Source of the DNA: Octopus vulgaris
Lineage: Eukaryota
NCBI GenBank assembly: GCA_951406725.2
Contig: OX597814.1
Coordinates: 52,576,001-52,640,000, forward strand
Length of the DNA: 64,000 nucleotides
Direction of reading: 5' to 3'
Part shown: positions 51,992-64,000 of the stretch, piece after piece
Position numbering within the stretch: position 1 is the stretch's first letter
Layout of the letters: each line of letters begins with the position of its first letter
Translations under genes and position numbers: made by a program
The notes under the pieces: generated by a model
The model's input: the letters and a program-made list of their open reading frames with translations, nothing else
The model's database searches: none
What the model was told of the DNA's origin: nothing

Positions 51992-53519
51992 AAACATAGA
52001 AGAAAAGATCCAGAGAAGGGAAGACAGAGGAAAAAAAATCGCCAATGGTACACACACGGATATATATATATATATATGATTAATACATATGCATAGCTAT
52101 GTGGTAAGTTTGCTTTGCTGCCACATGGTTCCAGGTACAGTCCCACTGCATGACACCTTGGGCAAGTGTCTTCTACTATAGCCCTGGGCTGACCAAAGCC
52201 TTGAGAGTGGATTTGGTAAATGGAAACTGAAAGAATACCTTTGTATGCATGTATACACAAACAGACACATACATGCTTATCTATGTGTTTGTGTCTGTGT
52301 TTGTCCACCACCACTTAACAACCAGTGTTGGTGTGTTTATGTTCCCATAACTTAGCAGTTCAGCAAAGAAAAATTTTAGGTGAACGAATCAACCTTGGTA
52401 CTTTTTTAAAGCCTGGCCACAGTCTAATGACTGGAACAAGTAAAGAATAAAAGATATATATATATATAACTCCAAGAACATTAGGGGTTGTGAGTCCAAC
52501 CCATTAAGGGATAATATCTATCCAATATACTATTGGTAGAATACCCAATTATTAATACACAAGTGTTTTTTATTGCATTGCAATTAACTTACCTAGTGTA
52601 TTAAATGGGTGAAGGTAAAGAGATATTTTACCATTAATTTATATTGCAAATAAGAAAATGGAGGAGAACAATAGTTGGTTCATCAACTTTAGGACATTAA
52701 AAATGTTAACTTATTTATTTATTAAACTGATAATTATAATAACAACATACATACATATAGCATATTATTCAATGCATATAAAGTAGGGATACAAGTAATT
52801 ATTAAAAAACATGAATCTAAATTAGTAAAATAACTTACAGCTGTTTCAGCCCATAGATAAAAGTATCTCATTCTGCCTATATTAGTCAAGTGTATTGAGG
52901 TAATAGGCAGTTGAAAATGAGGTACTTGTATATATCTCTATTATAGGAAAGAGATGTCAATTATTCAATATGATCAAAAACTTTTCAGTTGCAATTTTTA
53001 AAACTTACTAAATGTCTACCTTTAGACATCAAAGCAATACAGGAAGATTCCTCTATAATTTCTTTTACAATATAAAAACTGTTGTGAAATCTGAAAATAG
53101 AATATTACCATTTTATATAATGATCTGCCAATTATATATGTAGGTATTAAATAGCAGGCTGGCAGAATTGTTAGTGGATCAAAGAAAATGCTTCCAGTTC
53201 TTTATGCTCTGTGTTCAATTCTTGCCGAAGTTAACTTTACTTTTCATCTTTTTGGAATCAATAAAATAAAGTACCATTCAAGTACCGAAGTTGATGTAAT
53301 TACCTTGCCACCTTCCCTCAAAACTGCTGGCCTTGTGCCAAAATTAGAAATAATTGTCTGTGGGCATATGTGGTCTGACAAGCAATCAGTCTGATAAGCA
53401 GATAAGACTTTCATTGTGACTTTTCTGTTTCAGGATGCAATCAGTTAACCTGCCAAAATATGGGTCAAGTTCTCTATTCATATAGCTTCATTTATTCTGC
53501 TAATGTAAGAAGAGTCATA

Positions 53520-53921
53520 GGCGCAGGAGTGGCTGTGTGGTAAGTAGCTTGCTAACCAGCCACATGGTTCCGGGTTCAGTCCCACTGCGTGGCATCTTGG
53601 GCGAGTGTCTTCTGCTATAGCTCCGGGCCGACCAATGCCTTGTGAGTGGATTTGGTAGACGGAAACTGAAAGAAGCCTGTCGTATATATGTATATATATA
53701 TATGTGTGTGTGTTTGTGTGTCTGTGTTTGTCCCCCTAGCATTGCTTGACAACCGATGCTGGTGTGTTTACGTCCCCGTTACTTAGCGGTTCGGCAAAAA
53801 AGAGACCGATAGAATAAGTACTGGGCTTACAAAGAATAAGTCCCGGGGTCGATTTGCTCGACTAAAGGTGGTGCTCCAGCATGGCCGCAGTCAAATGACT
53901 GAAACAAGTAAAAGAGTAAAG
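53520..53921 (+). mobile_element. Young full-length tRNA/CORE-type SINE (family A)
   Basis: ggcgcaggagtggctgtgtggtaag..gggttcagtccc head, CORE-like cttgggcgagtgtcttc block, CpGs retained, aagagtaaa tail. Older copies at about 5835, 12840, 13300, 23720, 28260, 50325, 52095, 54410, 62640, 63915. Confidence 0.88.
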
Positions 53922-55317
53922 AGAGTCAGTTAATGTGTCATTGACAGAAAGAATATCAAATAGTTGTCTCGTTGTTGTTCTATTTAACTCTTGATCCAGA
54001 GAATTCTGTCTGGAACAAACAGTTGAAATTCTATAGTTACAACTAAGGAGACTTGTGAACTATGTAATCTCCATGTGTAAAACAAGTGATGGAGAGAAAG
54101 GCTTTTGACTTCTAATAGTTAAGTTAGTATTAACATATTCAAAGCAGAGAGCATTAAAAAGCTCACAAGATATAATTATATGGCAAGGAAAAAACAATGT
54201 GAATAAAAAATCATTAAAATATTAAAATTTTCTTTTTGGCAAGGACAGAAGACAACTGTTTTGACATTATGATTCCTTAGTGAATGGTTACCATTTTCTA
54301 AGAAATTGTCAATACTTAACTATTTTTTTTTATGTAGATGGTATCTCTGAGTTTGGTAGCTTCTCAGATGATGCAAGGTTTTAAATATATATATATATAT
54401 ATATTTTTTATTTGTTTCATTCATTTGATTGTGGCCATGCTGGAGCACCACTTTTAGTTAAACAAATTACCCCCATAACTTATTCTTTGTAAGCCTAGTA
54501 CTTATTCTATCGATCTTTTTGCCGAACCGCTGGATTATGAGGACATAAGCACATCAACATCGGTGTCAAGCAATGGTGGTGGTGGTGGTGAGGAGGGAGA
54601 CAAGCACAGTCACACAAATACATACATATATATATACATGACAGACTTCTTTCAGTTTCTTTTACATCTCAAGCACAGATTTTAAAATTTATTTTTTCTA
54701 ACTAAACACTTTGAAACTTCGGATACTGGTTGAATGTGTCGTGTAGAACAGGATTTGCTCTCAACGTTTTTGACAAAATTTTGTATTTTAGAAGTTATTT
54801 CATGTTAAAAAGTTGTTGCATTTGAGTAATTTTAACAAATCAATCACATGTATTCAGCTGAAGAAAGGATTGCTATTATTGTTGTTGTTGTTACTGATGT
54901 GGATATTGTTGTATTTTGAGGAGAGTAGACGCATTCAGATGTATGGGAGAGTCGATTATTGCGTTTGTACTTAATCAAAAGGGAAAAAAAACTCATTTGT
55001 GGTGAATTTATTAAACTTTGGAATATTTGAACCTCCACCTGTTTTTCTTTGGGATGGAAAATAAGTTTTGTTTTTGGACACTTGTTTGTTCTATTTTGTT
55101 AACATTTGCTTACTTGCCTAACAGCATGTCTAGCAAATATGCCCCAAGTATTTTGAATAGGTTTTAGAACATTTTGTAAATACAAACATGAATTTAAAAA
55201 ATAGGAAAGAAAATAATAACACTTGAATAAGCAAATACACATATTTACATGATACTGAAAAAAATTAGTGACAATTTTATGAACAGCAATTGACAATGAA
55301 AGCGGTAACAAAGGCGG

Positions 55318-55362
<45 letters not shown>

Positions 55363-55399
55363 ATGTGAGATAAGTATGTCAAAATTTTCTGTCACCTTG

Positions 55400-56200
55400 T
55401 CTCATATCTTGAAAGGTCAACAAGAAAAGTGACATACCTATTAAAAAGCGGATTTTTTACAGAATGTCCTCAAAAGAACACATGTAAGAAGCTCTGGCTG
55501 GTGTATAGAATATTGTGGTTTCCATAGCTTGCCTGATCTTCAAGAAAGAGCATGAATTGAAGTAACAGGCTACTTTTGATGCACCAAACACACCTACAAG
55601 CAACTTTTTGCTGCAATATATATGATGGTGGAACACAAGAGTCACAGCCTGAGAAATTGCTGGTGATATTGACCTTTGGTTCATCATCATATTTGCAAGT
55701 AGTACAGGCAGACTTTGAGTGCCAAGCTGAGTAAGCAAAATCAATATGCAGTCAGCTGGTGTCTGCATAGATATGCAGGTCCTGATGACCTCTGGAAACC
55801 ATTAAACCATGCCAGAGCTGCACTCCATTGTGGGTACAAAAAGGGAACCCATTACAACTAATGGTGCAGAACAAAAAGACTAGTTGTTGCACTTATGGAA
55901 ATAGGTGTCACTCAAGGGCTTTCTGTTCTGAGAAATTGGAAAGGGAGAGAAGGAAAGAGAGAGGTGGATAGTAAAAGGGTCAGGAATAACATCAGAATCA
56001 AGAAACAGCTGTTTCAAGAAAACCATGGTACCAGCTTTAAAGATGATTGAAATTAATTACCAGCAGCTAATGACTATGAAGTAAAAGGTCCAGCTCTCTA
56101 TAGTACCACCCCTTCACCTTCTAATGATGAGAAGCAAATGGAGTGGAAAGCTGTGCTTGACTGTAAAAATAGAAAAATGAGCGCATAAACAATAAAAATA
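55400..56200 (+). mobile_element. Possible decayed ORF1/gag of a non-LTR retrotransposon
   Basis: Degenerate CCHC knuckle KTSCCTYGNRCHSRAFC at about 55876-55926 in purine-rich, coding-like DNA with stops. Confidence 0.35.
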
Positions 56201-57305
56201 TACCAAATTAAAATTGCCAAACCATCTCAGAGGCTGGGCTCCTCTCTCTGAGGGAGAGAACGAAAAAGTGGGAGAGAAAGAGATAGAGAGGTTCCCTCTG
56301 AAGACATTCTCAGAGGTTAAAGAAAGAGAATTTTTGGCAACTGCTCTGTGTGTCCATGCCTTAAGAGGGCAGTGACCTTAGCATTATTTCCCGTTTAAGA
56401 GAACTTGGAAAAGCAATAGCTTCTTCTAAAAACAAAACTTAGAATAATCTCTCATTATACAATTCTTAGAACATTAATCAATATATCCATTTATCGTGAA
56501 GCATTCTTTGTAGTTTTAAGTGGAGCGGGAAAATTGGAAGAGAGAGAGAGAGAGGGTAGCGTGGAAGAAAGAGAAAGAGAAAGTGAGAAGTGGAGACAGA
56601 AACATAGAGAGAGATAAAAGTAAAGAAAGCATGAGAACAGATATAACTAGATAGTGGGAGAGAGAGAGAGAGAATAGAGATAGACAGTGGAGGAGAGAGA
56701 AGGAAATACTAATAAAAAAGTAAGCTAGAAAATGTGGTGAAGGGAAAGAATATGGATAAAAGTTTTGATCGTTTTTTATTGGTGAAAAAAAAATTCTGAA
56801 TAGAGTTTTTTTAAACAAACTCCCTTTACTGAGATTGACCTAAAAATGTAAAGATAACTGGAAGTTCACAGCGACTGAAAGCCGACTTAATGTTTACCCA
56901 GTGCTATATAGGTAATGCAACTCACAAAAAAAGCTATTTATACCACAAGAATAAAATCAATAAACACACAGACACAAGCATGCACACTACCAAAGATATG
57001 CCCCCATGTACACATCCACATATGTATGCGTGCATAAAATCTCACTAACATATCCATACATTTGTATATATCTTTGTATCTGTTTTTCTGTCTGACACTC
57101 TCCACCTACCTCTCTCTCTATATATAATACAATGTACACGTTGAAATTATGAACTAAAGAAGGAGTACTCAATATCGGTTGGTAGAATGCAAATAATTTA
57201 CGCATCTGAAGACTTATAAATTAATTTATGTCCACACATGCGTGGGTGCACTCATTTCCTTCTCTTTTTCTCTTTTCACACATGTATTTAAACATACATG
57301 CATAC

Positions 57306-57369
<64 letters not shown>

Positions 57370-57479
57370 ATATAGATAGATAAATAAATACTTGGAAATG
57401 GATGCGTGGCGTTCAATCATATAATAATATAAATATATATATATATATGCATATATACATACATACATGTACATACTTA

Positions 57480-58110
57480 CATATATATGTATATACACAG
57501 GCATGTATGAGTAAAGGACGTCAAAAAAACGGAAACAACATGAAAAACGAGAACATGAAATACAAAAACATGGAAAACGAACTTTTTTTGCGAACAGGGA
57601 AAGGAACAAATAGAAAAAGAAGACAGGCAACATAAAGAACAATCCCTTCATCAGTTGTCCACTGCTTTATCTACTCCGCATTTCGAGCATTAGGACAAGA
57701 TGCATCTTCGTCAAAACAGTCACTCCTGCAAAGCAAATTAGATAAAATTTAGGATTTGCGGAAGGTCAAGGTTGATAACAAAAACAAGACAGTTAAAACA
57801 AATGGTAAGGGTTGTTAAGCGATAATGAGGTGTAATGGTGAACGCTGGACAAACAAGTCTTGACAGGAGACAGGCAAAAATGTGTGCTATCCCTTATAGC
57901 TTAATGAGAAGAAAGAAAGAAATTTGAGTTAGGAGAAGAAAGATGGCTGCTGGTCACATGTGAGCAATGAGAGAGTCAAGGAAGAGGAGGAGTGAGGGAC
58001 AGATAGAGAATGGTGAAGGGGAAGGAGAATTAGAGAAAGGATGGGAAAGAAAGAAGGAAGAAGTTGTTTAGACCACAGAATACATATAGAAGGCAAAAGA
58101 GAACAGGAGT
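57480..58110 (-). mobile_element. PLE pLTR-like fragment with hammerhead-like core
   Basis: Minus strand 57714-57681: UUGACGA-A-GAUGCAU-CUUGUCCUA-AUGCUC-GAAA; a second CUGAUGA at about 57654-57648; pyrimidine-rich upstream region as in the other PLE 3' ends. Confidence 0.5.
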
Positions 58111-58194
58111 GTTTGTTTACACAATATTTTGTTACATCATATTACGCGCATTTCATTATCAATGAATAATATGTTACGTAAGAAAAATCGTATA

Positions 58195-58322
58195 AAACCC
58201 TAAAACCCTAACCCTAAAATCCTAATTCCAACCCTAAAACCCTAACCCTTACCCTAAAATCCTAACCCTAACCCTAATCCTAACCTTAAAACCTTAACCC
58301 TAACCCTAAAACTGTAACCGTA
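58195..58322. repeat. Degenerate (TAACCC/TAAAACCC)n telomere-like array
   Basis: aaaccctaaaaccctaaccctaaaatcc...ccctaaccctaaaac. Confidence 0.85.
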
Positions 58323-59934
58323 AGTACAGAAATGTTATGAAATTTTTGTCCAAATCATGATGTCCCTATTTTTCTGCATATTTAGAAAAAAAAATTGTGA
58401 AAAAAGTTAAATATGAAGGAAATGGGAGTGGGTGGTGGGTGGTAATTTAGAAATGTTGATTTTTGCCAATTTTTTTGCAGATTTGTATTCCCCGTAGCCA
58501 AAAAGGCAGCGTTTGTGTCAAAAAAAAAAGAAATTTTTTTAAAAGGGTGTTTTTTTTGGGGTGGTGGGGTGGAAGACTTTCCATTTTTTTTCATAATAGT
58601 GATTTCCATTTCTGTTTACGTGAAAGCGTAAATTTTTTTTAAAGATTTGGCTGTTATTTCTAGCATGTGGAGAGATCTTCTAGGCTTAACTTCATGTGTT
58701 GGTTCAAAATCATTTTCAAAAATTCTGGGGTCAATACATTCAACTAAATATTCTTCAAGGTGGTGCCCCAGCATGGTCATAGTCTAATGAGTGCAATAAA
58801 TTAAAAAAAATATATATAACCATGGGGCTTTTGGCCACTTTCACACTTTAACTATGGGGCTTTTGTCCAGACCCTGTATGCTATAGTAGTATTTAAAGTA
58901 TGCAGGGCTATATTATCCATTGTTATTGATGTTGTTTAGCCTCAGACCAACTCTGATTAGCAGGCCAATGATCAGATACATCCTAATGCTGACCATCACA
59001 TCCTTTGTTGTTTCTAAGTATAGTGTATCCAGGACTACATTATCTTGTCTATCCCCCTTTTTTTGTAATGTTTTCTTTTTTTTAATAGATAGTAAGTATA
59101 ATTTGAATGAAATTTGGCTGCTATTTCTGATGGTCGTGCGACCACTTAGTGTCTCTTTTGTTTGCTAATGCACCAAATGTCCAGATACACACTTGCTAAA
59201 TCACTGGCTACAAAACAAGTTGTCTATTATTCGCAGCTATCTCTTTTCTGGAATTTCTTGTTTAGCCTTCCCTTTCAATAAGCTGAAACAGTGAAATAAA
59301 ATGTTCATAAATCAATATTTTTAATAGCAAGAGAGTGTCAATGAAGAAACTTTGGTGATATTGAATATAATTACTATAGTTCAAATTCGGCTGATGTCGA
59401 CTTTGCTTTCTGTCCCAAGTTAACTAATGAATCAATTAAAGCAACAACCTCTTCCACTAAATGTTATTGTTTTTTTCTTTAGAAATAATTCTTTCTACTA
59501 TAGGCACAGGGCTTGAAATTTTTTTTTGTTGGGGGGATGGGTCTTTATTTTATCGACCCCGAAATGACAAAAAGTTGACCTCGGCGGTATTTGAACTTAA
59601 AACGTAAAGAACTGGAAAAATGTCACTAGGCGTTTTTGTCTGACATGCTAACAATTCTGCCAGCAAATTCCACTGCCCAAAGTATTTTTTCTCACTGCTC
59701 CAAAGATTCTGCAAATCCAATGCTCTTAATTATGTTTTCTGATGTAGGCACAAAGCCAACAAATTTAGAGAAGAGATTATTCTGAGTGTTGTGAATATGT
59801 AGAATGCATGAATTTACTTCTGGCATGCAATTAGAGACTGGAGACTGACAACTGGGAAAGACAATTTATCTTTGATGGTCTGGGTAATCCAAAATCTTGG
59901 GCTTCCTTGATTGTCTTTAGATGACACCTTGGTA

Positions 59935-60524
59935 CAATGGTTCTCAACCAGAGTCCATATGACCCCTGGAAGTCCATTTAAGATTTTGTTCTTAAATTTT
60001 ATGTGCAGTAAGTTGTTTATATATCTACAATGAACAAAATATTTTAAGAATTATAAATGTTGTTGTTCATCCATTGTTTGGATAATTCAGCTTGGTTCGT
60101 CGTTGGTTACATGGGCTCTGTTATATTAATTCTCATTGATGAAAAACTCTTACAATCTCTGACTCGTAAATAATTTGTGGCACCAATTTATGGAAAGAAG
60201 GAGGCCCCAGAACACATACAGGTTAGTTGTTTGAGAATATATTACGTGCAATGTAATTGAACCTTTGAGCCAATTCCCATGCAGCACTCAACTAAACACA
60301 AGACAGGACCCAACAAATGTCCAAACACTCAAATGATAGGTATGTTGACCAATCACTATAGATTAACATGATAAGCCTATATAAATCGAAATGTTTTCAA
60401 CATGCCATGACAGAAATTGGTCTCGCTACACATTGAATGACTATGATGTAAGTAAAAATGACTATGATCCAAGTAAAATAGGTATCAAAGGAGTCAACAG
60501 GCAAAAAATGGTTAGGAACCATTA
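59935..60524. mobile_element. hAT MITE (same family as 43538) carrying an extra insert of about 370 bp
   Basis: Ends caatggttctcaacc and ggttaggaaccatta; both termini align with 43538-43866 but the element is 590 bp versus 329 bp. Confidence 0.6.
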
Positions 60525-61399
60525 CCCTTGTGCAAGGCCAAAAAAAAAGTTTGTATAGTGAATTTTTTTATTTTCATTTTTTAAAAACTTCTCATTTCAT
60601 TTGTATATATACCCCCACAAGTTTTGTTAGCCATCCTTGTAATATTCCTGCATCCATTGCCCATGTGCCAATATGCAGAAGCAACAGAAATGCATCCATT
60701 AGCACCAACATAAACAAAACAGCTTTATTTGCAAAAGTCAAAAGAACGTGGGTGGAATAATCAGTTGACGACAGCATAGAGTTCAGACAGAAAAGCCGGT
60801 AGAACATTGGTGACAATGTCTTGTAGTATTGTTCCAGCTCATTTTGTACTTAGTTCAAATCCCACTGAGGTCAATTTCGTTTTTGTTTTTTTCATCTTTT
60901 CGGAGTCAATAACATAGGACACCAGTCAAATCTTGGGGCTGGTGTAACTGACAAACTCTGCTCCCTCAAATTTCAAGCCTTATGCCTATGTCAGAATCAA
61001 TTATTTTCTTGACATTTAGAGAAAAAAAAAGTTGAAGAACTGTGTGTCGGGGAGGAGCATACAGTTTTTCCAGGTTCGACTAAAAATGACGGTCGGGATA
61101 ATTGGATTGTTGTTGTAGTTGTTATTGACATTGTTTAGTGCAGTTCGGCCTTCACTGAGCAGATCTATGATCAAAGATATCCCAACCTTGACCATCCTGT
61201 CTTTTTGTTCTCGAACATGGTCCAACATATTTCCTGTTTTAAAACAGTAAGGGTGAGATTTGAGAGGATTTGTTTTGCTATTTCTAGCACATATAACGAC
61301 CAAGTAAATGCACATTTAGTGGTTAGATTGTTATGTTTGTTATTGTTGTTCTTTAGCCTCCAAAGGTAATTGAGCCATGGTCATCATTTCTTATATAAG

Positions 61400-61801
61400 A
61401 CTAGCAGCATAGCCCGGCGTTGCCCGGGTATGTAAGAGCCCCTAGTAGGCAACGACTAATCCCAATCTAGTTCTTTCCCTCTAGGGAACGAAGGCGCATG
61501 TGTAGGTTGCAATGTCTTCTCTTCACTCGAATACTTCTATGTATACGATGTTCCTAGCTGTCTCCCAACAGAAAATGTGTTGCATATAAAAAGCTTAGAT
61601 TCTCGACCCCATGTCGAATTTATCGATTTTTTTCAGAACTGGAGGAACTTTTCAAAATTTTCGCTGCGTTAGTTTTGAATTATGACATTGGGCTATGTGT
61701 GTGTCAAGTTTCATCAGAATCGGTTGAAAGCCGTGGTCAGGGTGACGGTACAACCTGACAGCCACACAGACAGACAAACTGCCGTTTATATATATAGAGA
61801 T
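61400..61801 (+). mobile_element. Non-autonomous Helitron/Helentron (HINE/DINE-like) element
   Basis: actagcagcatagcccggcgttgcccggg start with hairpin; ends cagacagacaaac..tatatatagagat; copy of 45099-45522. Confidence 0.75.
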
Positions 61802-62240
61802 AACATTATCCAACATCATCTTCCTGTTTTTAAGACGGAAGTGTGTGATCTGATGGAGAATTTTGGCTGCTCTTTCTGATAGGCTGAGCGGCCCACTAGA
61901 TGCTTCCTCCTTGGCTAGTTGATTGGTAACGGTAGAAGTGGATGCTGATGGTGATGGTGGTAGTGGTGATGGTGATGATGATGGTGGCAGTGATGATGAT
62001 AATGATGATGATAGTGGTGGTGATGATTTTAGTGATGGTGATGATGGTGATAATGATGATGGTAAAGGTGGAGGTGGTGGTGATGATGATGATGATGATG
62101 ATTTAGACAGATGGCAACAATGAATAATTTAAAAGTAGATCGTTAAACTTGAGAGTGATGTTCATGTTCTGATTGTTATTAATAGATTGTTAATATAATG
62201 ATGGACAGACAAGCAGTAGTTAAGCCAGTTAAGAGAGAGA

Positions 62241-62288
<48 letters not shown>

Positions 62289-62878
62289 GAGAGAGAGTAA
62301 AAGAGAGAGAGTGAGAGAGACATTGTGAAAATTGTTTTAGATTTGGAATATTGATTGCATTTAAGTCAGTAAAGTGGGGGAAAAAATGCTCTTATTTCCT
62401 TCCATCATGACACTCAAGTGGCCTTTAGCATTAGAAACAAAACCTATTCGGAAACCAAATGCTGTTATTGATTTCCTTGTTATGGTACAAATCCTGATCC
62501 ATTGTCTGGTTTAAACACTGCCCTGACTGTGAGTGTTGTCTATTTAGTCTGTTGAAAAAATTCAGACAGTAGCATGGTTAAAGAGGATGCCGGTCAGTCC
62601 AACTCAAGTGGGATGGCACTTTAAATACCTTATCTTTTTACGTATTTCAGTCCTTCAACTGCTACCATGCTGGGGAACCGCCTTGAAGGATTTAGTCGCA
62701 CTAATCACCTCTAGTACTTATTTTTAAACCTGGTACTTATTCAATTTGGTCTCCTTTTGCTGAACCACTGACTTATGGGGACGTAAGTAAATCAACACTG
62801 GTTGTCATACAGAGGTGAGGGACAAACACAAACAGAGGCTCACATATATACATACATACATATATATACACACATATA

Positions 62879-63098
62879 TATGAGGGGGTGTTAATAAGTT
62901 CCTGGCCTTGGGTAAAAAGAAATACAGGAGGATCAGTTAATTATGATTTTATACAACATAATCCCCTCTCTGATTCACACATTTATTGCAGCTGTCTTTC
63001 AGTTTTTCTAAGCCCTGTAAAAGAATTCGAAAGGTTGGGCCTCTAACTAGACCTTTCACGATATCCTTAAAGCTAGGAACTTTTCAGCACTCCCTTAT
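62879..63098. mobile_element. Mariner-derived MITE
   Basis: TIRs tatgagggggtgttaataagttcctggcctt and aaagctaggaacttttcagcactcccttat, in TA context. Confidence 0.7.
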
Positions 63099-63204
63099 AT
63101 ACAAACATAGATGTATGTATGTATGCATGTATGTATGTATGTATGTATGTATGTATGTATGTATGTATGTATGTATGTATGTATGCATGCATGCATGTAT
63201 GTAT

Positions 63205-63810
63205 GTGTAGATTTGTATGTTTTGTGTATGTATTCTCATGCATATAGTTGCATATCTAGACATGCTCATATATATTTAAAGGAAAAACTTCTGGAAAGTT
63301 TTACAGATTTTTTACAGTTCCAGTGATGGATTGGATCAATAATCTTCGAATTAGCTTTCTCCTTTCAGGTTTTGAGAAGCCTAATTTCTCAAGACTGGTA
63401 TTTAGGCAGTGTGTTACATATCCCAAGGCACCAATAATTTCAGGTATAAATCTGAACTTGTTATCTGGATAGAGTAACTGCAGATTTCTCAATAGTTCAG
63501 CTTAGGTATTCTCTTTTTCACTGATCTTCAGCTTTATGTTAACATCTGCTGGGCAGCTAAAATCTACAGCTGTGCACAGTTTCTCTTCTCTATCCCAAAC
63601 CATTATATCAGGTCTGTTGTGCTCACATTTTATTGAGGTCTTCACTGGTACATTCCACCAGTATTCTTTTTTATTATGAGTGGCTATGGCTTCTACCATA
63701 TTGTGGGTTCTTATTTCTTTGTCCTTGGGATTATCCTTCCGATAGATTTCATTATAGAGTGTCCTAGCTACAACGTCATGTCTCATCGGTAGATAATACC
63801 GTGATGACAT
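63205..63810 (-). mobile_element. 5'-truncated R4/Dong-like LINE 3' end (restriction-like endonuclease)
   Basis: RHDVVARTLY..EYWWNVPVKT..HNRPDIMVWD..VDFSCPAD..KISEKENT*..IPEIIGALG; flanked by (TATG)n on both sides. Confidence 0.85.
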
Positions 63811-64000
63811 GTATATATTTATGTATGTATGTATGTATGTATGTATGTATGTATGTATGTATGTGTGTATGTATGTATGTATGCATGTATGTATGTATGT
63901 ATATATGTACTACAGTCTTCTTTCAGTTTCTGTCTGCCAAATCCACTCATAAGGTTTTGGTTGACTCAGGGCTATAGTGGAAGACACCTCTCCAAGGACT

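Noticed and set aside
52836-52852. GAAACAGCUGUA (minus strand) resembling a palindromic hammerhead stem III
   Set aside because: No matching CUGANGA or stem II found nearby.

Overview
AT-rich, microsatellite- and transposon-dense metazoan genomic DNA. The SINE repertoire and repeat style look like an octopus/coleoid cephalopod (inferred, not verified). One host gene spans most of the window on the + strand. It has four coding exons (3907-3981, 29490-29802, 39520-39736, 47081-48929) that join in frame through GT-AG introns (phases 0/1/2). The product is an 817-aa PH + IRS-type PTB docking protein (Dok/IRS/FRS2 family) with a long Tyr/Pro-motif tail. Its PTB appears to lack the canonical phosphotyrosine-binding arginines. 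Nearly everything else is decayed mobile DNA: several mariners, a pogo, hAT and piggyBac MITEs, Helitron/Helentron-like elements, Penelope-like elements (PLEs), CR1 LINE ends, two R4/Dong-type restriction-endonuclease LINEs sitting in microsatellites, a Gypsy-like relic and many SINEs. The most unusual signals are non-coding. At least six hammerhead-ribozyme-like cores (CUGANGA-N-stem-GAAA) occur in PLE terminal-repeat fragments, three of them in long fold-back palindromes. One PLE carries a tRNA-like Pol III cassette upstream of its ribozyme. Several further intronic hairpins are present. Most ORFs in the supplied track are microsatellite artefacts.
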